This document shows, one piece after another, positions 14,244 to 26,960 of a DNA stretch of 64,000 bases. Within the stretch, counting starts at the first letter, position 1. Each line of letters starts with the position of its first letter. A program made the translations under genes and the position numbers. The stretch is from Octopus sinensis (taxonomy: Eukaryota). The notes beneath the pieces were generated by a model, which ran no database searches, was not told where the DNA came from, and saw nothing but the letters and a program-made list of their open reading frames with translations. The stretch is from contig NC_042998.1 in assembly GCF_006345805.1 (NCBI RefSeq), positions 206,088,001 to 206,152,000 of the forward strand. The letters are read 5' to 3'.

Positions 14244-14747
14244 ATTAATTTCGGCTTACCAATGTTTCCACATTTTTTTCTTTATAATAGTCCCATACTG
14301 TCTCATACTCTCCTGTACTGTCTCATACTCTCCTATTTATAGTGACTAAGGTTATTCTGCTGATTACATGAGAGGGGTGCACCATTATTACTAATCCCCT
14401 ACAACACATACATCATTCATATGCAGCCTGAACACCACATGTCAAATCCCACACTAAAATGAACCTTGAAAGGATCCTTTAATAGCAATCTTGTCTTCTT
14501 CAACACAAACACCATATCAAGAATATTATTTTGTACTTCTTCCCCATCACCCCACCATAGAACATGAATAGCATACCACTAGAGCCTCACAGTTGTTCCA
14601 AAAGTCAGGCGTCGTTATCAAAGAGGACCTCCTCCAGCTAAAACATCTTTTACATGTCTAAGGACACGTGTAATAGAGTAGCCCTCCTCAGAGTCAGAAA
14701 ATACTTCAGTTTTCCACAATTACTGACGGTCTAGAAATTTCAGGGCC

Positions 14748-15262
14748 TCATCATCATCATCATTTAACATCCGCTTTCCATGCTAGCATGGGTTGGACGA
14801 TTTTGACTGAGGGCTGGCGAACCAGATGGCTGCACCAGGCTCCACTCTTGATCTGGCAGAGTTTCTACAGCTGGATGCCCTTCCTAATGCCAACCACTCC
14901 GAGAGTGTAGTGGGCACTTTTTACATGCCACCGGCACGGGGGCCAGTCAGGCGGTACTGGCAACGACCTCGCTCGAATCTTTTACACGTGCCACCAGCAC
15001 AGGTGCCAGTGAAGCGACGTTGGTAACGATCACGCTCGAATGGTGCCCTTTTACGTGCCACGGGTACGGAAGCCAGTTGGCTGCTCTGGCAACGATCACG
15101 CTCAGATTAGAACCCTGCTGGCACATGCACAAGTGCCAGTAAGGTGACACTGGTAATGATCATACTCGAATGGTGCCCTTTTATGTGTCACTGGCACAGA
15201 AGCCGGTTAGCTGCTCTGTCAACGATCACACTTATATGGTGCTCTTTGCACCTCATGATAGA
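14748..15262 (-). mobile_element. RTE LINE 3' UTR fragment with internal subrepeats
   Basis: (CAT)n-TTAACATCCGCTTTCCATGCTAGCATGGGTTGGACG tail; matches 54854-55100. Confidence 0.8.
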
Positions 15263-15634
15263 GTATTTCTTGCATCTCTGGGGTGGTGATGGTGGAAGTG
15301 CTACTACTACATACACAGACATTGTAGACTTCATTCACAGAAGACTAAATCAGCTTGTTACGGCATTCTCCATCTGTTTCTCTTCCTTTACTATATAATA
15401 GCCACTCTTCCTCAAAGCTGGTTGTTCTCATGCCACCAGCACTGAGGCACAGCCAACTCATTTCTCATCATTCACATCCTGTCAAATTCACCCATGCACC
15501 ACAGTAACCTTTACCCCCCACCCCTAGTCCTGCCTCTCCAAAACATACAAAAGTTTGAGTGACTCATAAATGGAATGTATGTCACCAGATTTAGGTGGCA
15601 ATTGTTACTACACCTTCATTCAGTCCCTCACCAA

Positions 15635-16010
15635 AAATCATCACTTACATCATTATTGTTTTAATGCCTCATACTTGCATGGGTCAAATGGAATTTTGTT
15701 GAGGAAGATTTTTTATGACCAGATGCCCTTCCTGTCACCAACCCTCAACCATGTTCAAGTAGATTGATATTTCCCCAAGGCTGAACATATTTTCACAGGA
15801 CATTGGAAATGAAGGACACTGCTTTTATGAAAGTGATTCATTTTTTGTAACATTCATAAATACAGATTTTCTATGGCCAAATGCCCTTCCAGTTACCAAC
15901 CTTCACCTGTTTTCAGGCAACATAATATATCCTCATGGCTACACATATTTTTAGTGGACGACTGGAAACAAGTAACAGTGCTTGAATGACAGTGATGGTC
16001 ATTTACAACC
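15635..16010 (-). mobile_element. Degenerate RTE-tail-related repeat
   Basis: CATCATTATTGTTTTAATG...TTGCATGGGTC...CAGATGCCCTTCC motif, present twice. Confidence 0.45.
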
Positions 16011-16074
16011 TTCAAGTGATATTATGACAAAGCTACACATACACACACATACACATATGTATGCATATATACAT

Positions 16075-16205
16075 ACAATGGGCTTCTTCAACAAGGCTTT
16101 GGTAGGCTGGGGGTGACACCAATTTGGTCGAGGTGCCCTGCAGTGAGACTGAACCTGAGACTACATAGTTGGAAAGCAAGCTTCTTGACCATTCAGCCTG
16201 GCCTG
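16075..16205 (-). mobile_element. SINE family 1 head
   Basis: GAGACTGAACCTGAGACTACATAGTTGGAAAGCAAGCTTCTT is the reverse complement of the family-1 5' end. Confidence 0.7.
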
Positions 16206-16529
16206 GGCTTCAGCTGACAGTAGTACCAAAATTATACGATATAGATTTTCTAGTCCAATAATCATCATTAAATGCAATAATTTTACTCCTTGCTGCTAAA
16301 ATTACATCTAAATCTCATCTAAATCTCTCTTAAAGAAGAAACCGTTTTAGTTAAAGCAAATACTTAAAGAGTAAAGGGGATATCATCATCATCATTGGGA
16401 TATATGTAAAGAGAATTATTGTTAATATCAATCTGTAGAAATCTAAAATCAATATCAATCCATAAGGTGTACCCAATGCAACATATGGACACATAGGAGG
16501 TGCAGCAATATCAGAGGAAAGTTAACAGG

Positions 16530-17315
16530 GAAAATAGTTTTTTGTGGGTGGAAGGTGCACAAGTACAATAAACACTAAAAATGTACAGAAAATAGACTCC
16601 ATCCAATGCCAGTGGGGTAAGCTAGAAGTAGTTCTAAGAGTTAATAGCCTCTGTTATCTAGGTAACAAAGTTAGTGGCGGAGGTGGATGTTCCGAGAGTA
16701 TAGCTGCCAGAATAAGAATAGGCTGAGCAAAGTTCAGAGCACGCCTACTTCTGTTGGTAACAAAGGGCCTCTCCCTGAGACTGAAAAGCAGACTGCTGTG
16801 TGCAAAGAGCCATGCTACATGGGTGTGACTGGCAAGGACATGTGGAGGCTTGAAAGAAATGAAGCTATTATGCTTCACTGGGTGTGTAACGTCAGTGCGC
16901 ATGCATGACAGAGTGTGAGTGTCTTGAGAGAAAAGTTGGGCCTAAGAGGCATCAAATGTTGTGTGCAGGGAAGACAACTGCACTGGTATGATTGTGATGC
17001 ATATGGATGAGGACAGCTGTGTAAAGAAATGCTGATCTCTAACAATGGAGGGAACCTGTGGAAGAGGTAGAGCCAGGAAGACATAGGATAAGGTGGTGAA
17101 GCATGATCTTCGAACACTGAGCCTCACAGAGGCAATGACAAGTGATTGAGACCTTTGGCAATATGCCATGCTTGAGAACTCTCATCAAGCCAAATGAAAC
17201 CGTAGTCATGGCCAATGCTGGTGTCACATAACAGGCACTCATGCCAGTGGCAGGTAAAGGGTAACATTGGGCCTCACGGAGGTGATAAGTGACTGAGACT
17301 TTTGGTGATATGCCA
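16530..17315 (+). pseudogene. RTE LINE ((GAT)n-tail family) ORF C-terminal remnant
   Basis: YLGNKVSGGGGCSESIAARIRIG*AKFR..., MWRLERNEAIMLHWVCNVS; homologous to ORF 57617-58231. Confidence 0.85.
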
Positions 17316-20300
17316 AAAGTGGACAAGAAAAGAAGACAACTTGACTGCAGGAAATAGCAGCCAAGACATAGAAATGAGATGGACAAAGAATGAGACTTGA
17401 GTGCTAGAGAAATCATTGCAAACTAAGGAATAATGCCACAAAATGCAATGAGTTTAAAAAGGTCAGAAATACATGCCAATCTTGACTGAAGTAAATGAAA
17501 CAGACATGGTGGCAAAAGAAGGCAGGAGTTGCAGGATGCTGCAGATAGATGTGACTTCAAGTCATTCTATTCTAAAGGCTGTTTTTGGAATTGAGTCTGA
17601 TGGTTCAACTCTCGTCACTCAACTGAGGGCAATCTTTAGACAGACAAAAAAGAGATCACGAAGCGCTGGGCAGAGCATTTTTCAAATGTTCTGAATATGG
17701 ACTCAATTGTTGATGAAGAACTGATCAACAACCTACCACAGAGGCCTATCCTTGAAGAACTGTCCGTTGTTCCACGAATGGAAAGTTGTCTGGGAATGAT
17801 AACATACCAACTGGAATATATAAATGTGGTAGCAGTTTCCTGTTGAACAAATTATGTGAACTCCTCTCCTTAATCTGGGAATCAGGATCAGTCTCACGGG
17901 AATTTAAAGATGCTTCTCTTGGCTGTCTTTATAAGCACAGGCAACGAATGGGAATATGACAACCATAGTGCTATCCTCCCTTTTGTGTATTGGAAGGGTT
18001 ACTTTAAACAGACTAAACAATGCCAGCTTATCATCATCATCACCACATCATTTAACGTCTACCTTCTATGCTGGCATGGGTTGGACTGTTTGGTAGGAGA
18101 TGGATAGGCGGAAGACTGCACCATGTTTCAGTGTCTGTTTAGGCATGGTTTTTTACAGCTGGATGCCCTTCCAAATGCCAACCACTTTACAATGTGGACT
18201 GGATGCTTTTCATGCGATACCAGTACTGGCAGGGTCATCAAGACAAAGAATCTTTGAGAGGGGAGGGGGGCATTAGAGGAGGTGATTTTGTGTCAGATGA
18301 TGGAAGGTTAGAGTGTGACAGAGAGGCAGAAACAGGTGTCTTGCTGTAGAGGAGGTACATTGTTACCCAGCCAGATAGAGAGAGAGAGAGAGAGAGAGTT
18401 AACAAGAATGAAGACAAAAATAGGTGTGCTGCTGTAAAGTAAGATACATGGTTACCTAGACAGAGAGAAAGAGAGAGAGAGAATGGGTGACAACAAGAGT
18501 GTAAGAAAGAGCAGGAGAGAGGTGGTGGTGAAGTGCCAGGGCATACTCACAAGGAACAGGGATCAGATCATAGATAGGATGGTAAAGTAAGAAAGAGAGA
18601 AATAAATGATGGCTAGTGCCAGGGCATACCTTCAAGGTATGGAGGTCCTTAATATACATGGCAGAATATTGCCAAGAAGGTGCAAGGAGGGATTGGGGGT
18701 GGGGAATGCAGTGACTGGTGAGAACCTTGGTATATTGAAGGGGTGGAGAAAGCAATGATACAGTGAGCAGGGCAGTGAGGATAGGATTGGGGAGAGGGAG
18801 ATAATCATAGTGTATGGAGAGGAAATGTGAGGAAGAGAAGAGATGCAGTTTGGGAGAGGAGATGTAGTTTGCTTTGTTGGGGTAGGGTGTGTGAAAATTT
18901 TATTGTTATGTGTGGGTGGAACACAACGCTTCTAGAACTCAGTTTCACTGATGTGGGTGGGTCTTCTCATATCGCCAGACATTTTGGTCATTTTGTCATT
19001 TCCTCCTTAATGTGGCCTGAATCTCAGTGTGGCTTTCGGGCTAGTAAAGACATAGTGGATATGGTTTTCAGCCTGAGGCAACTGCAGGAAAAAGGCTTAT
19101 GAGCACAACTGAGGCTTTTTTTGTCACTTTTGTAGATTTTAGTAAAGCTGTCAACACTGTCTCTAGGGACACTCTTTGGGTTGTTCTTAGAAAGATAGGT
19201 ATTCCCAAAAATATGTTCAATGTCATCATTTCTTTTCATCAAGAGATGGTAGCTTCTGTTAGATCTGGCAGAGAAGTGTCTGATTCATTCACATTCTCAA
19301 ATGGGACAAAACAAGACTGTGTTCTTGTACCCTTCTTATTTGCTTTGTATTTCTTTGTCATGTTGGAAATGAAGGTGTTAAAGAAGGAGTAAAGTTTGAG
19401 TACAGAACCAGTGGTGGCATGTTCAACTAACACTGCTTCAAAGCAAAAGCTAAGACTTTGGTGTAAAAAGTTTGTGATTTGCTCTTTATAAATGATTGTG
19501 CACTTGCAGCACACACTCTCAAAGACATGCAATGGTTTCTAAACAACTCCTCATGTGCACTGTAGGCTTTTGGTCTGACCATCAACATTAAGAAGGCTGA
19601 GCTTGTCCATCAGCCCATTTGTGACAATCCTCCTCCTGTTGTCCCTACTGTGTATGTCGATGAGAATGCATTCAAAACTATTTCCTCTTTCATTTATCTT
19701 GGTTCCATTGTGTCCAGTGATGCTAAGATGGATAAAGAAATCGAGTCCAGAATCAGGGAGGCTAGTTCCACTTTTGGTAAGCTTTATCACAAGGTTTGGA
19801 ACAACCACAATGTATTGTTGAAGCTGAAAGTCAATGTCTATAAGCTCGTGGTTTCGATATCATTGCTTTATGGTGCTAGATCTTGGACCCTGTACTGAAA
19901 GCACATCAACCAGCTTGGTGCCTTTCATATGTAATGTTTTCATACCATCTCCAACATTAAACCGAGTGACCATATTCATAATAGTGAGGTTCTAACAAAA
20001 TGCAACAAATCAGGTATAGGAGCCATTCTCATCAAAATACAGCTTGGATGGTCAGGTCATCTCTCACATATGAGTGATATCGGAATTTTGAAGCAACTCT
20101 TTTTTTTTGGTCAATTACCAAAAGGAGGGTCAGTTGGAAGGCCATTCTTGCACTTCAAAGGCTAACTAAAAGACAATCTGAAGCGATGCAACATTCCCTT
20201 TTCTTCCAGGAAAAACAAAGACCTGGGACCAGTCCTGCTTCTCAGTTCAAAGATTTTAGTAAAGTTGACTCCAGCATTGGGACTAACTTCAGCAAACATG

Positions 20301-20330
20301 AAGGCGAGCTGTAAAAGAAAGAAGCAAATT
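17316..20330 (+). pseudogene. RTE (BovB-like) LINE reverse transcriptase, fragmented and interrupted by a nested element
   Basis: WWQKKA..LQDAADRCDFKSFY, ITKRWAEHF, PESQCGFRASKDIVDMVFSLRQLQEK, FVDFSKAVNTVSR, GTKQDCVLVPFLF, FIYLGSIVSSDAKMDKEIESRIREASSTFGKL, LLYGARSWTLY. Confidence 0.88.
18030..18940 (-). mobile_element. RTE-tail element with non-coding body, nested in the BovB-like LINE
   Basis: (CAT)n tail at 18030; purine-rich body is the reverse complement of 32830-33600; BovB-like coding resumes near 18950. Confidence 0.75.
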
Positions 20331-21439
20331 TAGTATATTTCATCATACATTCATTGAAAGATATTTTAAAGTGGTTTTGTAGGGGAAAATGTCTGATTCC
20401 ATTCATGTAAATACAATATACCGGAATAAAGTATAAAGTCAAAATTTATCATAAATAAACTGTTATATAAGTGTTGTAATTCCGTTCTATCTTCTTTCAA
20501 AGCAACTGTATAGTTGTTTATATTTTGGTCAAAAGAATTATCATACAGGATGTACAAACCTAAAATTTTGGTTTGCACAACTAGAATCATCCTTCAAGGT
20601 TGTGTGCCACTGCTATGGTTTTGTTGTCATCTATACATTGTAACTAACTGATAGGTGGATGAAAGTTTAACATTATTTTCACCGTTCTAGGAGAATTTTT
20701 CATTTAAGTAATTAAAAAATGTTTCTTAAAGCTAACATAGTAATTAAATAATGTAAGTCACATGTCACTTGTGAGTTGTATATGCTGGGGGAAGATGTGA
20801 TTTCCCCACATAACTACTGACATATTGTAAGCAATTTTTTGTAAGTTTGTTCCAAGAGACTGTGATATTTTAGTAGGTTTTGAATATTTTATTATTAGTA
20901 ACAGCCATTGTACCTAGCAGGTTTATACTTATCCAACTCTTTAGCCTACAACACTCGGTCTTCCATCTATAATATGGCTGCATTAGACACAATTTTGGGA
21001 TACATTTGAAAATTAAAGAAACTGCATTTTATACACTAGCAAATATGGTAAGTTCTGAAGTAAAACTTTACTTACAAATGAATTTATGAGTTGGAAATAA
21101 AACCTAGGATCAAGAGGCCTTAAAATAAGCTTAGAAAAGACTAAAGTGTTTGTAAATATGAGAGAAAATAGAACCCTACTACAGTCAGAAAAATGGTTGT
21201 ACTTCATCTACAAAAAGTTGTAGGTAGAAACTCTATATAGTGTGCTCATACTCAGTTTAAATTGTGGATATACAAGAGATGTAGCAGTCTCACTGGCAAG
21301 CTGACAGAAAAGGCAAACTTTGTATGTGTCAGATACACAGGAGCAGTAAACTATAAGAACACATTAAAAAAATTCTTTTAAATGTCTGGAATGCTTCTTA
21401 GAAATAGTTGATAGTTTTTGTTACCTAGGTTATCTAATT

Positions 21440-21860
21440 AGCTGTAGGGATAGGTGTTTTGAAGATATAGTTATCAGAATAAGAACAGGTTGGAAAAAGT
21501 TCAGGGATCTACAAATTTTGCAGGATAACAAAGGGATTCTGTCTTTGAGGGAAGAATAGGATTGTATGAATAGAATTGTGTAGATGTACTGAGGATTTTC
21601 AAAGATTAGAAAAATATGAAGTAAACATGCTCCACTGAACCATGATATTTGTATGCCTAAGCATTGGCGAGGAGACTGCACAGGTATGGATGGTATGTAA
21701 TTCATATGGAGGATGATAGCTGTATAAAAAAAAGATTCAAGATGAGGGTCTGTGAAAAAAAGGAGAGCTACAATGAAGTGCTGAAGACTGATTTCAGGAT
21801 ATTGAACCTCACAAAGGATATAGCAAGCGAATGCAATGACTGGTGACATATAGTACCTAA
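21440..21860 (+). pseudogene. Old RTE ORF C-terminal remnant
   Basis: RRLHRYGWYVIHMEDDSCIKK...YNEVLKTDFRILNLTKD resembles RRLRWYGHVMRMAEDSCVQK...WDEVVKHDLRTLGLTKE. Confidence 0.55.
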
Positions 21861-21894
21861 ATTTGCTTAATGTGTAAATAATTTTGGTTTCAAG

Positions 21895-22097
21895 TTTTTG
21901 CACAAAGCCAGAAGTTTGGAGGAAGAAGTAAGTCGATTACATCAACCCCAATGCTCAACTGGTACTTATTTTATCGTCCTTGAAAGGATGAAAGGCAAAG
22001 TTTACCTCAGTGGAATTTGAACTCAGAAAGTGAAGACAGACTAAATGCTGCTAAGCATTTCACCTGGTGTGCTAACGATTCTGCCAGCTTGCCACCT
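21895..22097 (-). mobile_element. tRNA-derived SINE (family 2)
   Basis: Minus-strand head GGTGGCAAGCTGGCAGAATCGTTAGCAC, B-box-like GAGTTCAAATTCC, tail ATAAGTACCAGTTGAGCATTGGGGTTGATGTAATCGACTTA. Confidence 0.75.
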
Positions 22098-22540
22098 TCT
22101 TTATAACTCATATTAAATTGAAATTAGAACTGACATTCTGTAGAAAGCATAAAGTAACAAAGAAAATAACAGCTATTTTCCCCTCTAATCTTTAGTTTCC
22201 TTTTTTCTTCATCCTTGTTATTCAATGTGTCGTCTGTTCACTGAGTCGTCATTTCTGTGTCAGCAACGCTATCTGTTCCTCCTCCCTTTCTCTCTATTCG
22301 TCTCCTCTTCTTCTTTAGCAACATTTCTCCCCGTCTCCTGCTGCCTTTCACATATTTTTCCCACTCTTTGAACACACACACACTGGATTTTATACCATCT
22401 GTTAGGGTTTGGGGATATGACTGCAGAAAAGAGACATAATAGCTAAACACTTTGCAATATTTCGTTTCTTTCTCTCTTTTTTTTTTTGCCTTCAAAATTT
22501 GGTGGTGGCAATCAACATTATAATTACGTGTATTCCATCT

Positions 22541-22657
22541 GCAATAAACGAGTACAATATGTGTAATACGTCAGCAATAAAAGAGTACAATATGAGTAAT
22601 ACGTCAGCGATAAACAAGTACAATATGTGTAATACGTCATCAATAAAAGAGTACAAT
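22541..22657. repeat. 33-bp tandem repeat, 3.5 copies
   Basis: GCAATAAACGAGTACAATATGTGTAATACGTCA units at 22541, 22574 and 22607, partial unit at 22640. Confidence 0.95.
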
Positions 22658-23276
22658 AAAATTCTGTTAAACATGGCGACGTTAATTAATTAAAAAAATG
22701 TATTAATTGAGGGTAAATATCAAACTTTTGATTTAATAATCACCAAAACAGCTCTTTCTTCTTTGATAGTTTGTTATTTGAATGTAAAGAATGTTTATTC
22801 ATTATTTAATCGATAATAAACATTCTTAGACTTCATCAGACAACTTTTACACACTTCTGTGATGTTTTAGAAATTAACGTACAAACTAAATTATTATTAT
22901 ATGAACTTAATTAAAAATTACTGAAATTGTTGTAGCGAACGATTTGTACTTCACCTTTGAATTCCTAACCACCTTTTTATTCTTGACCACATTCTTTTTT
23001 ATTCAATAACGGAAATTCCTGTATCAATGAAAATAACGACAAGCTTCCCTTAGAATGATGCTTTAAATTTCAGTTGTTTTCAGACCAAGATGTTTAATTA
23101 TAAATTATTATTTGTAAAGTCATTTATTGTAGAAAGAATCAATTAAGCTGATATGTGATATTTCCAAGACGAAGAAATTACGTTTTCAAAATACTCACCT
23201 GTCATTCTCTTTCTAATTAATAATTAAACACGTTCAGATTTTTTTAAACAAAATTTTTTTTTTTTAATGTTTTAAG

Positions 23277-24279
23277 GGTGATCTTTCGTTTGTAGTAGCA
23301 CGTTTCCGTCGATGATTTCCGTAAAAAACTTTTATTTTTTTACATATGGGCTTGCGGGAACATTTGAAGTAATGAGAGCGAAAGAGACTAAGAGGAAGCG
23401 ATTTTATGACGAGGGAATTTCTTTTGAAGTAACCGAAGCATTGATGTACATGTGTGTGTGTGCGCGCGCGCGTGTGTGTGTGTTTGATGGGGTGTGGGAG
23501 ACAGACAGTATGTTGTGTAAGTGAAGTGCTTCTGTTAGTGTGTGTGAAGAGACAGAGAGAGTAATGTGTGAAAGAGAGAGATAACTGAAATTTTTTACTC
23601 GGTGTATGTGTATATGTATGTATGCATGTATGTGTATGTATGTGTGTATGTATCTATGTATGTATGTATGTATGTATGGCCGATTCAGTGTAATTTTTTA
23701 CTCGGTGTATGTGTATATGTATGTATGTATGTATGGCCGATTCAGTGTACACTGAATCGGCCATACATACACACACACATACTTACACACACACACACAT
23801 ACATAGATACATACTCACACACACATACATGCAGACATACATATACACATACACCGAGTAAAAAATTACACTGAATCGGCCATACATACATACATACACA
23901 CATACATACATAGATACATACACACATACATACACACACACACATACATGCATACATACATATACACATACACCGAGTAAAAAATTTCAGTTATCTCTCT
24001 CTTTCACACATTACTCTCTCTGTCTTTTCACACACACTAACAGAAGCACTTCACTTACACAACATACTGTCTGTCTCCCACACCCCATCAAACACACACA
24101 CACATGTACATCAATGCTTCGGTTACTTCAAAAGAAATTCCCTCGTCATAAAATCGCTTCCTCTTAGTCTCTTTCGCTCTCATTACTTCAAATGTTCCCG
24201 CAAGCCCATATGTAAAAAAATAAAAGTTTTTTTACGGAAATCATCGACGGAAACGTGCTACTACAAACGAAAGATCGCC
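23277..24279. repeat. ~1 kb spacer-less palindrome (foldback/MITE-like)
   Basis: Centre CCGATTCAGTGT|ACACTGAATCGG between 23748 and 23749; arms are reverse complements out to GATCTTTCG.../...CGAAAGATC and differ mainly in microsatellite length. Confidence 0.95.
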
Positions 24280-24769
24280 GTTTTAACTTTTACTTGAGTA
24301 ATATTTCCACTTTACAAATTGTTCGACGCACTTAAACTTTGAAATAAACTACACTAATGTTTTTTGTATTCGAAATAATCTAAATGGATTTGCGAATGCC
24401 GGCTCATTCTTATATTTCGGAGTTCTTTGATTATTTATTTCGCTCATGTTTAGCTTTATGAAGAACATAATTGATTTTATGCTTCAATTACTATCTCTAA
24501 ATTTCTGTCCGTTGCATACCATTATAAATACTAGTCCCTAAACAATTTTTTTTCTGCAAATACTTATTTTTATACTATCTAAGGTACCCACTAAAAGACT
24601 TCATGTTGGGAACATACATATTCCATACAGCAAAAACCTGGAAAGCTGATACAATTTTTTTCTTGATTGCACACTTAGATGCTACCATGAAAGGGCCTTA
24701 AAACCTAAGATTAAGGTATTAGTTTTATTATTTTTGTTTTGAAATTTATATATCCTCAATATCATTTTC

Positions 24770-25290
24770 TACCGTCTGCTTTCCGTGCTAGAATGAATCG
24801 AACTGTTCAAGAGGATCCGAAGAGTTGGAGGACTGTATTGTACTCCACTGTCTACTTCTACTATAGCTGGATGTCTTTCCTAACACCAACCATTTTACAG
24901 AACGTACTAGTTGCATTTTTCATGGCACCAGCACTAATGAGGTCATCATGTGGCTCACAAGATTAAGACCTCCTTCAACTGAGTGGGACTACATTAGAAA
25001 GGGTAGCAGCTTTATGCATAGTAATGAAATGTTGTAAGATTGTTTCAACAGAAGTTTCTTGCTGTAGAATTGATGCAAAGACACTTGTATTATTTAGGAG
25101 TTGGTGGAGCTGTAAAGTGAAATAACGATGGTGGTAATGAGATATCAGGGAGAACCTTCAAGATGCAAGAAGGTGAAAAGGTGGGAGTGAGGACAGAAGA
25201 ACAAGAAGAGTGGATGTGTAGAGGCGGCTGTGGAGGAGAGAATAAGGAATGGTTAAAGATGGAGAAGGGTTGAGGTTAAATATAATGAAT
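24770..25290 (-). mobile_element. RTE-tail element with purine-rich body; probably continues at 26961-27300 beyond the CR1 insertion
   Basis: TTTCCGTGCTAGAATG and GCTGGATGTCTTTCCTAACACCAACC tail motifs; purine-skewed body on both sides of the CR1. Confidence 0.55.
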
Positions 25291-25309
25291 TATAAGAATA
25301 AACGCAGCT

Positions 25310-26960
25310 ACCTTAAGAATAAACGCAACTATGCCTCTCCTGGTCTCAATGGTGTTACATACTTACTTCTCAAGTGCGGTGGGTACTTTCTTCTAAGCCA
25401 ACTTTCTCTATTCTTCCAATTCTGTCTTGACAAAGGTGTTACTCCAGAGCAGTGGAAAACTGCCAGTGTTATCCCTCTGTTCAAAAAAGGTGACCGCACA
25501 TCGCCTGTCAACTACTGCCCCGTTAGTCTTACTAGCTGCATCGCCAAAATGATGGAATCCTGTATCAGGGAAACCCTCTGGAACTTCTGGAAGTCTCACA
25601 GCCTCATCCAGCCGTCACAATTTGGATTTATTCCTAACTCCAGCTGCTGTTATCAACTCATCGAGTTTCTTGAGGACGTTACCCAAATCACTGATCGCGG
25701 ATCCTGAGTGGATGTTGTTTACCTGGACTTTGCTAAAGCTTTTAACTCTGTGCCACACAAAAGACTTATGGTGAAGCTCTCTGCGTTGGGCGTAAGAGAC
25801 GAACTCTATAACTGGTTGAAGTCCTTTATTTTCGGCCGAAAAGAGGTTGTCACAGTTCTAGGACAGCACTCTTCATCCTATGAGATGACATCTGGTGTAC
25901 CACAGGGATCTGTTCTTGGCCCCCTTTTATTTGTTGCATATGTTAATGACATAGATGCCAACTTAAAGAATGCCACAGTGCTGAAATATGCAGATGACAT
26001 CAAGCTGTACCTCGAAATAAAGAGGTCAGATCCTGTACACGATAGATCTCTATTGCAAGCAGACCTGGACACAATGCAGCAGTGGATCATGGACTGGCAA
26101 CTCAAGCTGGCTGTGGACAAATGTACCACCATGCATTTTGAGAGAAAAAACCCAGCGTCTATCTACTCCCTCCACAACACTAATCTCAAAAAGTCTTTGT
26201 GTGAACATAACCTGGGTGTTACTGTCGACAGCGATTAGCGTTGGACAAAACACATCGCTAAAATTGTCAAGAAGGCTGAGGGCGTCTTGGCATCACTCAC
26301 CAAATCCTTTGTGAGCCGCTCTCTGACTATCTATCTGCGGCTTTATATAGCTATGGTAAGACCTCACCTGGAATTTGCATCACCGGTCTGGAACCCCTAT
26401 CTTTCCCAGGATATTAATCATCTGGAAGCTGTTCAGCGACATACAACCAAAAGAATACCCTCCATCAGGCATTTGCCATATTCTGAACGCCTTACTTCCC
26501 TGGGCATGGACACATTGAAACTCCGACGTCTGGCAGCTGACTTGGCAGACACCCATAAAATTATCAACCATCTTACAAACAATAACTCTGAGCACCTTTT
26601 CAAACTCCACCCGTTTAACACCCGTGGACATATTTACAAAGTCAGAAAACAGTACAGCTCCCATGACTTTAGGAAACATTTTTTCACGCTGAGAGTTGCT
26701 GAAGCATGGAACAAACTGCCGGCATCAGTTGTTAGTTGTCGGAGCACTGCATCCTTCAAAACTTCCATGCTTTCTGAGATTCGCCAACACTACACCTGAT
26801 TTTCTCCCCTCCATACACACACAAGCATGTATCTAACTCATACACTGTTCACTTCCCAGACATTTTTACATTACTGCATACACTTTATACGCACTTTTTG
26901 ACAAGTTGTGGTGCACCTGAGCACTGTATACAATAATTTCATTATTATTATTATTATTAT
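25310..26960 (+). mobile_element. CR1-like LINE (family A), 5'-truncated; RT in one reading frame with two premature stops
   Basis: IPLFKKGDRTSPVNYCPVSLTS, QFGF, DVVYLDFAKAFNSVPH, SGVPQGSVLGPLLF, YADD, VRPHLEFASPVWNP; TGA at 25705 and TAG at 26236 in frame; 3' UTR plus (ATT)n tail. Confidence 0.93.

Noticed and set aside
21430-21903. 157-aa minus-strand ORF
   Set aside because: Antisense to an RTE ORF remnant on the plus strand
22492-22674. Repetitive hydrophobic 60-aa ORF (ADVLHILYSFI repeats)
   Set aside because: By-product of the 33-bp tandem repeat, whose period is a multiple of three; no evidence of coding
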